A stretch of 64,000 nt of DNA from Callorhinchus milii (lineage: Eukaryota), in contig NW_024704749.1 in the NCBI RefSeq assembly GCF_018977255.1, forward strand, positions 7,378,001-7,442,000, given 5' to 3'. The notes under the pieces were generated by a model, which worked only from the letters and a program-made list of their open reading frames with translations, had not been told where the DNA came from and did no database searches. Positions within the stretch are counted from its first letter, which is position 1, and each line of letters starts with the position of its first letter. A program made the translations under genes and the position numbers. This document shows positions 57,306 to 64,000 of the stretch, piece by piece.

Positions 57306-57625
57306 GTGGAGTCCTGTAGCCAGTGGTTAGAGCATTCGCTTTGCAAATGAGAGACCTGAGTTCAATTCCTGGCGGGCGAAACCTTGGGCAAGTTTCCTTA
57401 CTCCACACGCCTCATAATAATCCCTCCAAAAAACAAAAACAATAATAAAAATTGGTCATTTTCAATCTACGACTGTTTGTGGGACATTGCTGTGCGCAAT
57501 TGGCTGCCGCGTTCGCCCACAAATATACGGTCAATTCACTTTACAGTGTGTTCTGTGAAGCGCTTTGGGACGTCCTCCCAACGTGAAAAGCGCTATATCA
57601 AATGCGAGGATTATTATTATTTATT
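57306..57625 (+). mobile_element. Full-length tRNA-derived SINE (short subfamily) with (ATT)n tail and TSD ATTAGTAT
   Basis: A-box TAGCCAGTGG, B-box GAGTTCAATTCC, anticodon-like loop with TGC, Deu-domain-like GCTGTGCGCAATTGGCTGCCGCG, and tail AAGCGCTTTGGGACGTCC..GCGCTATATCAAATGC. Flanking 8-bp duplication at 57297-57304 and 57626-57633. Confidence 0.9.
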
Positions 57626-58069
57626 ATTAGTATGTTAGAACCTCACGCTGATTGTTATGGACGTGGTCGCCCAGCTATTCCTGAAAATTGCACACCCACT
57701 GAAAATTCAATGGAACAACTGCAATCATATTTATTACTGATGCATTGCCTCGGATTAAACTGTAGTGTCTGGGTTATGTAAACTGATCTTTGAACATCCA
57801 CTGTTAAATCTTTTCATTTGCAAACGGGTGTGTGTGTGTGTGTGTGTGTGTACACTGAAAACAAGAGTTCCCAACAAAACATGCAAAGTTGCTGCAAATA
57901 CTCAGTGCAATCAATCTGATGGGGACACAGGGGTGACAATGTTTTCTGACAATGAAAACGGCTATAAGGCAAAGGAAATTAATACCGACTGTCAACCTGC
58001 TTCGCCAAGAGCAAAGCGAACCATTTCTACCATCTTGATGTTGAGTTAATATTTTTTTAAAAAAAGGAG

Positions 58070-58560
58070 AGACCGGGAGCAGCGTAACCCCACATCCGAC
58101 TCCGCCGGGGACCGACCCCCGGACTGACTCATCTGCCTTCCACGCATGCGCCTCGTAAGCCCCCCACCCACAAGCAGAGTAGGCCGCGGCTCGCCCGCGC
58201 CCGCCGTCACCCCTCATTTCCTCGACCGTTCACTCTCCACCCTCGAGGAGGGGGCGGAAAAACAACCAACCGAATTTCGCCGAATAATAAATGTTGTGAG
58301 AGCGTCGACAGACAACGAATTGCGGTGTGGTTGTTGGTGTTGTGTGCAGGCGGACGGGTGGCCTTTGCTGGAGGACCCTCCCCCCCCACCCCTTGGCTGC
58401 TCTCTGGCGCCATTACTGAGGCGCGAGCTCGGGCGGTGGCAGTTATGAACGTCATCGAGCACGTCCGCGAGATGGTGGCCGCCGGCCTGTACTCCAACAG
58501 CCGGCTCCTGAGCGGCCTCCTGCTCAGCATGAGCGACAACAGCCCGTGAGTGGGCGCCAT
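58070..58560 (+). promoter_or_regulatory. ANAPC7 CpG island promoter
   Basis: CpG-dense. NRF1-like CGCATGCGC near 58143, TGACTCA near 58124 and GGGGCGG near 58250. Confidence 0.75.
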
Positions 58561-61500
58561 AGACACTACCCTTACTTACCCCCTCACACACACACCCCCT
58601 CACACACACCCTCACACAGACACACAGGGAGAGAGGGAGAGTGAAACTGACTGAGGGAGAAGAAGAAGAAGAAGAAGAAAAAAAATAATAAAGAGCGCGT
58701 GCGTGTGTGTGTGTGAGAGAGTGAGTGTGTGAGGGAAAGAGTGAGTGTGTGAGAGAAAGAGTGAGTGTGTGAGGGAAAGAGAGAGAGAGAGAGAGAGGGT
58801 GAGAAAGAGGAGAAGAGAAGAGAGAGAGAGTGAGTGGAAAGAGGGGAAAGACCAGAGTGTGTGGGGGGGGGAGAGAGTGAGAAAGGAGAAGAGAGAAGGC
58901 GGCACAGAGAGGAGTGTGTGAAAGAGAGAAAGGAGGAGGAGGAGAGCGAGAGAGTGATATAATAATAATAATAATAATAATCGTTGCATTTGATATGGGG
59001 CTTTTCACGTCTCCTCGACGTCTCAAAGCGCTTCACGGGATACGCCGTAAAGTGAATTGACCGTCTACTCGTGGGCGACGCGCGGTAGTCAGTTGCGCAC
59101 AGCGGCGTCCCCCCCCCCCCCACCCACCCCCCCCACTCCCGCACACACACGCACACACACACAGCCGTGGATTGAGAATGACCAATTTATTATTGTTTCG
59201 CTTCGGAGGGATTGGAGCGCGAGAGAGAGAATAATAATGCTCTTTTGCCTTTGGTAGAGCTTCCTCCAGAGCGTTTCACTTGGGTTTTAACGGTCAGGTG
59301 GAGTGACTGTGTTTGTAGTCGCGCAGCGGTGTCCCCCGCAAACAGCCGTGGAGTGAGTGACCGCTTTAATTCTTGTTGGGGGGGGGGTGTGGTTGTGGAC
59401 CAGGACGCTAGGAGAAACTCCCTTTATTTGAATAGTGCCATGAGATATTAAACGTCCATCTGAACAGGCAGACGGGACCTCGTCTCGTCCGAATGACACC
59501 ATCCGACAATGCAACCCCCCCCCCCCCCCGTCACCCCAGCACAATGTTCTTCGACTATACTGGTGTGAGAGGGAGTTTAAAAAAAATCAACGCTTCATTT
59601 CACAATGTTAAAATAATTGAAATCATGATTCACATCAGTTCGAAGATCAAAAGTTTATACTAACAAGTGGTGGTTACAAACCAGACAGGAATCCATTGAT
59701 GAGTGTATGTATAGATTGAGATATTACAGTTCAGAGGTACAGCAAGAGCGCGGGAGAGAGAGGGATGAACGATGTGAGAGGGAGTGAGTGAGATTGTGAG
59801 AGAATGAGTGAGTAGGTAAAAGAGTTGTGTGTGTATGAGAGAGAGCAAAAGTGAGTTTTTTAACAGTGAGTGAGTGTGTAAAAGAGGCTAAGACAACCAG
59901 ATATGTAATATCTTATTATTATATAAGTGATCTACCAATATATTCGGCGGTGAGTTGGCCATGAGAAATGTACATTCCTTTCTTCCCCCATTTAAAATCC
60001 TACCACAGTTCACAGATTGATATTTCGTAGCCTCCAGCGATTATGATTTTGTTCACAGTAGCACTAACTCTACGTTTTGTTCTTTGCTTTTAGAGAATTA
60101 TTCTCCCCAGCACAGAAATACCAGCTCCTTGTCTACCATGCGGATTCTCTCTTTCATGATAAAGAATATCGCAACGCCGAATCCAAATACAAGATCGCTT
60201 TACAGCAGAAGAAGGCGCTGAGCAAGACCACAAAAATGAGGCCAGCTGGGGGCAGCACCCCTTCAACCCCACAGACCCAGGTTAGTGTGTTTAGTGTTAG
60301 TGAAAACGCCCTTCTGGTTAGGGTTTATTCTTTTCTCTTGCCCAAGGCCATGTCGTGGCTGAAGGACAGGCTGGTGTGGGATTCTTTGTTTCTCTTCTCA
60401 CAGCTGTGATTGGAGGTGTAACGCGGTGGGGGTGAGGGGCAGAAAGGAGGGTGGTGGTGCCAATACTCATGTGAGTTCAAAGGCATCAAGGGATATAGAG
60501 CAAAGGCTCAACAACAAATTACATTTGTATAGTGCCTTTCATGTCGGGAGCACGTCCTAATATCAATATGGCAATGTTGAATCACTTGGAGTTGAGGTAC
60601 AGATCAGCCATGATCTAATAGGATGACAGAACAGCCTCGAGGGGCTGAATGGCCTTCTCCTGTTCCTATGATTGGTGAGCAGGTGGATTTTAGCTGTATA
60701 CTACAGTTGTAAGATTTACATTGAAGGGCAATTGTTGCACAGAATGGGGTTTACTTTATTTGGTAAAAGTTTTAACTTTGTCTCCCCTTCCACCCGTGTT
60801 GTGTTATTTTTATTTTCTATGTGGGTATCCAGATGTGTTCAGATTGCAGTGACTTTTCCTGGGTTCCTGAGCTCAGGAGCCGTTCCTTCACACTGAGGGA
60901 TACAAAAATGTGGAACGCCCTGCTACTCGAAACCTACAATGACCAAATCAATAGGCCAATAGTTTTAAAAGGACAGATAGACACTTGGGCAGTTAAGGCC
61001 ATTAACGGGATGGTGCAAAAGGCCAGTCTATTGGGATTAAAAAATTTGCCGAGATCCAATCAACTGGTTGAACAGACTTCCTGTTCCTGCTTTCCAATCA
61101 TCACTTTTGCACTTTTATTTTCTCCTTCAGCACTGCCAGGGTGAGATAATAATAATAATAATCCTTGCATTCGATAAAGAGCCTCATTGCATTCTGATAG
61201 CGCTTCACAGAATATCCTTTAGAGTGAACTATTTCTTGTGGTAGCCAATTGTGCACAGCAGTGTCCCACAAACAGTTGTGGATTGAATGACCAAATTATT
61301 ATTATTTATTTTGAAAGGATTATTACCCTCAGAAAGCGATCCACCAATCGACTAACAACCGTGTTCCTACTTACTGCTAGGCAAACAGAAATTCCCCCCT
61401 CCCCAGGTTACATGTTAGATTGTTATGTGTTTTTGTAATCGTCCTCATGCCATATTCCTAATAGGTTTGTTCTGTTTTACTTTTGTAGGGATGTCAACAG

Positions 61501-63995
61501 AGAGCCAGAAAAGTTTCAGAAGTTGGTAGCAAATTTTCTTTCAAAACATTTCACTTTGACTTTTGTTATTCGCATTTCAGTTATTCAGTAGAATTGTTTT
61601 ACTTTCCATTTCATGCCTCTTATCACTTTCTTTCTTAGCTTGTAACTTAGTGCAGCCTCCGTTTATCTAACTTTCCTCTTTGGTGTACGCGTGGCTTTCT
61701 TTTCGGAAGGGGTGAAGGGAGCGTGTGTGCCTTCAGGGCAGACTTGGTCAGGCTATTTTATCATAAGGTGTAACTGTTCCCTCTTTTAACCTTCTTAACT
61801 GCACAATTATCCCTAGAAGTTATAGTGTGTTGGTGTGTGTGTGCGGTGGATGTAAATGACGCTGTATTCTGTGTCAAGCCTGTGACCGTGTACCGATCTC
61901 CTAGTCAATGGAGAAGGAGCTGGGTTTGGGGGAGGAATGAGTGTTGGGGCTATCTTGTGGCGCTGTTTTTCAGAACTGCCGGTTGATGCGCAATGCGTTT
62001 GTTGCGTGACGTCATTGCGTACTGGCAGATAATTGCATAAATGGTAATTCCTGTTTTGGGCGGTAAGGCCCACAACAAAAAAATTGTTCAAATCGTCTTC
62101 AAATCGAAATTGTGAAATGCAAACCAGCGACAAACTGGGAATAGGAGAGTCAGAGGCGCATGCAGGGAATTGGTTAAGAACTTTCTGCGTTCCATTGCAG
62201 TGCCTGCCGTCTGAGATTGAGGTCAAGTATAAAATGGCCGAATGCTACACAATGCTGCGGCAGGAGAGAGACGCTGTTGCCATCCTGGACACCATTCCCA
62301 CCAGGCAGCGCACTCCCAAGGTAACAACCGTAACCTCTGCATGATTGTGTTTTTTTTATATCTAAACCTTGCGCCATGTATTGGGGCTTCAGCCTCTCTT
62401 GACTGTCCAGCGCTTTGGGACATCCTCCTGACGTGAAAGGCGCTGTGTAAATGTAATTTATTGTTGTTGTTATACGGCTTTTAAGCATGTATAAGAACAG
62501 GAGTAGTCATTCTGTCAGTTTGTTAGATCATAAAAGATGGTTTAATCCCATTTTCCTAAACCTTTTCCCTTTAATATCCTTACTTCCCAAGTGTTTGCCA
62601 ATCTAGCTTTTAAAGATCCCAATAGATTCTCCCTCCCTCCAACGCTCTCCACCTCTGCCTTGCCCTGATTTCCTTTGTTATAGCGGGAAACTGTAGGACA
62701 ATGAAATCCGGCCTGGACTTTTCCTGTATGTCTCTGTGTGCACGCTGACCACTGACTGGCTCTCTCCTCTGTCTAGATAAACATGATGTTAGCGAACCTG
62801 TATAAGAAAGCTGGACAGGAGAGATCGGCTGTCACCAGCTATAAGGAGGTGTTACGACAGTGCCCCCTGGCACTGGATGCAATTCTGGGTAGGTTCAGCA
62901 ATGCAACCAAACAAGCAGCTGTTGGATATATATTTGAATGTTGGATCATTCAATATATTTGTATAAACTGGGCACATGGAGACTGGGAAGGAATATGGTG
63001 GGATGGAGGGATGCATGTGCTGGGAAAAAATATGTCCTGTAGAATGGCAAAAAATTTACAGCACAGAAGGAAGCAGTTTAGTTCCTTCAGTGTGTGTGTG
63101 TGTTAGTTCTTGCTCCCCCACTGGAGTCATGCATTCTAACCCCCGGCTCTGTCCCCAGACTCTTATGTATTTATCCACTTTCCTTTTCAATATTAACGGA
63201 CTTAAATGCAATACAGTAAATTCCTGATAAAAAAATGTAAGTTATTGATAAATTAACCCTGGCTTAACTTGTCACTACCACTTAAGCCATCATTCTGTCA
63301 ATGTACCGACTGCATTTATTTATGCATTCAGACACGTGCCTAACTCGCCACTTCTCGTGAATTTGCCGTCAAATGTAGTGCCTAAGGAAGTTTTTTGCTG
63401 TTCCCTTTACCCAGGTCTGTTGTCCCTATCAGTGAAGGGAGCTGAGGTGGCGTCTCTGACCATGAATGTGATTCAGAGTATCCCCAATCTCGATTGGCTG
63501 TCCATCTGGATCAAAGCATATGCCTTTGTTCACACTGGCGACAACCCCCGAGCCATCAATACCATCTGGTGAGCAGATTCCTCCGTCCTACAAAATACAC
63601 AGTCAATCCACTTTACAATGTGTTCTGTGAGGCAGGGTTTCGAGACATCTGGATAACATGATAAGGCGCTATATTGAATGCAAGGATTATTATTAATAAT
63701 AAACCCCATTTGCTTCACCTCGTGAGCCCCGCAGAACACAGGGAACGTGGAACGAGAAACCTGCTTGGGGTTGCGGAGGGGGGAGTGAAAAATTGACCGT
63801 TGTGTGGGTGAGTGGACAGATATTGTCACTGCTGCTTATATTCTCTCCCTAGCTCTCTGGAGAAGAAGTCTTTGCTTCGTGACAATGTGGATCTGATGGG
63901 CAGCCTGGCTGATTTGTACTTCCGTGTGGGCGACAGCAAAAACGCCGTCTTAAAGTTTGAGCAGGCTCAGATTCTGGATCCGTATCTAATCAAAG
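58445..63995 (+). CDS. ANAPC7: Anaphase-promoting complex subunit 7, 5' part (continues off the right edge). Exons: 58445-58545, 60094-60280, 62201-62320, 62777-62888, 63415-63568, 63853-63995
   Basis: MNVIEHVREMVAAGLYSN../ELFSPAQKYQLLVYHADSLFHDKEYRNA../CLPSEIEVKYKMAECY../INMMLANLYKKAGQER../GLLSLSVKGAEVAS../SLEKKSLLRDNVDL. TPR-subunit sequence with canonical junctions. Confidence 0.97.
58580..58960 (+). repeat. (CA)n/(GA)n/(GT)n simple-repeat region in ANAPC7 intron 1
   Basis: Mixed dinucleotide microsatellites. Confidence 0.85.
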
Positions 63996-64000
63996 GTAAT

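Noticed and set aside
58291-58444. N-terminal extension of ANAPC7, and a GTG-initiated extension of VPS29 at 30396
   Set aside because: There is no in-frame upstream ATG. Only a minimal out-of-frame ATG-TTG-TGA at 58291-58299 is present, and no evidence supports near-cognate initiation.
61131-61140. 10-nt microexon-like sequence (cag|CACTGCCAGG|gtgaga) in ANAPC7 intron 2
   Set aside because: It is frameshifting, abuts a SINE tail and has no support beyond the splice dinucleotides.

Overview
Eukaryotic (vertebrate) genomic DNA, most likely from a cartilaginous fish, judging by DeuSINE/SacSINE1-like SINEs, CR1/HER1-type LINE ends and a Penelope-like palindromic repeat. It is a compact block of 8 intron-containing genes whose exons I traced by hand from GT-AG junctions, phase and translation: TCTN1 (-, 3' partial), PPTC7 (+), RAD9B (-), VPS29 (+), FAM216A (-), GPN3 (+), ARPC3 (+) and ANAPC7 (+, 3' partial). 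The order matches human 12q24.11, with three head-to-head CpG-island promoters. Most ORFs in the supplied track are exon read-throughs or low-complexity noise. The most interesting unexplained items are: (1) an intact 740-nt coiled-coil coding exon with its own acceptor and poly(A) signal, nested on the same strand in FAM216A intron 2 and phase-compatible with FAM216A exon 2; (2) a phase mismatch at the last RAD9B junction; (3) an abundant modular tRNA-Ala-headed SINE with TSDs, nested insertions and strongly AT->GC-shifted copies next to CpG islands; (4) a degenerate hammerhead-like motif in a Penelope-like repeat; (5) mirror-image G and C tracts flanking the FAM216A/GPN3 promoter. There are no CRISPR arrays, rRNA genes or bona fide tRNA genes. 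Gene and repeat names come from recalled sequence similarity, not database searches.
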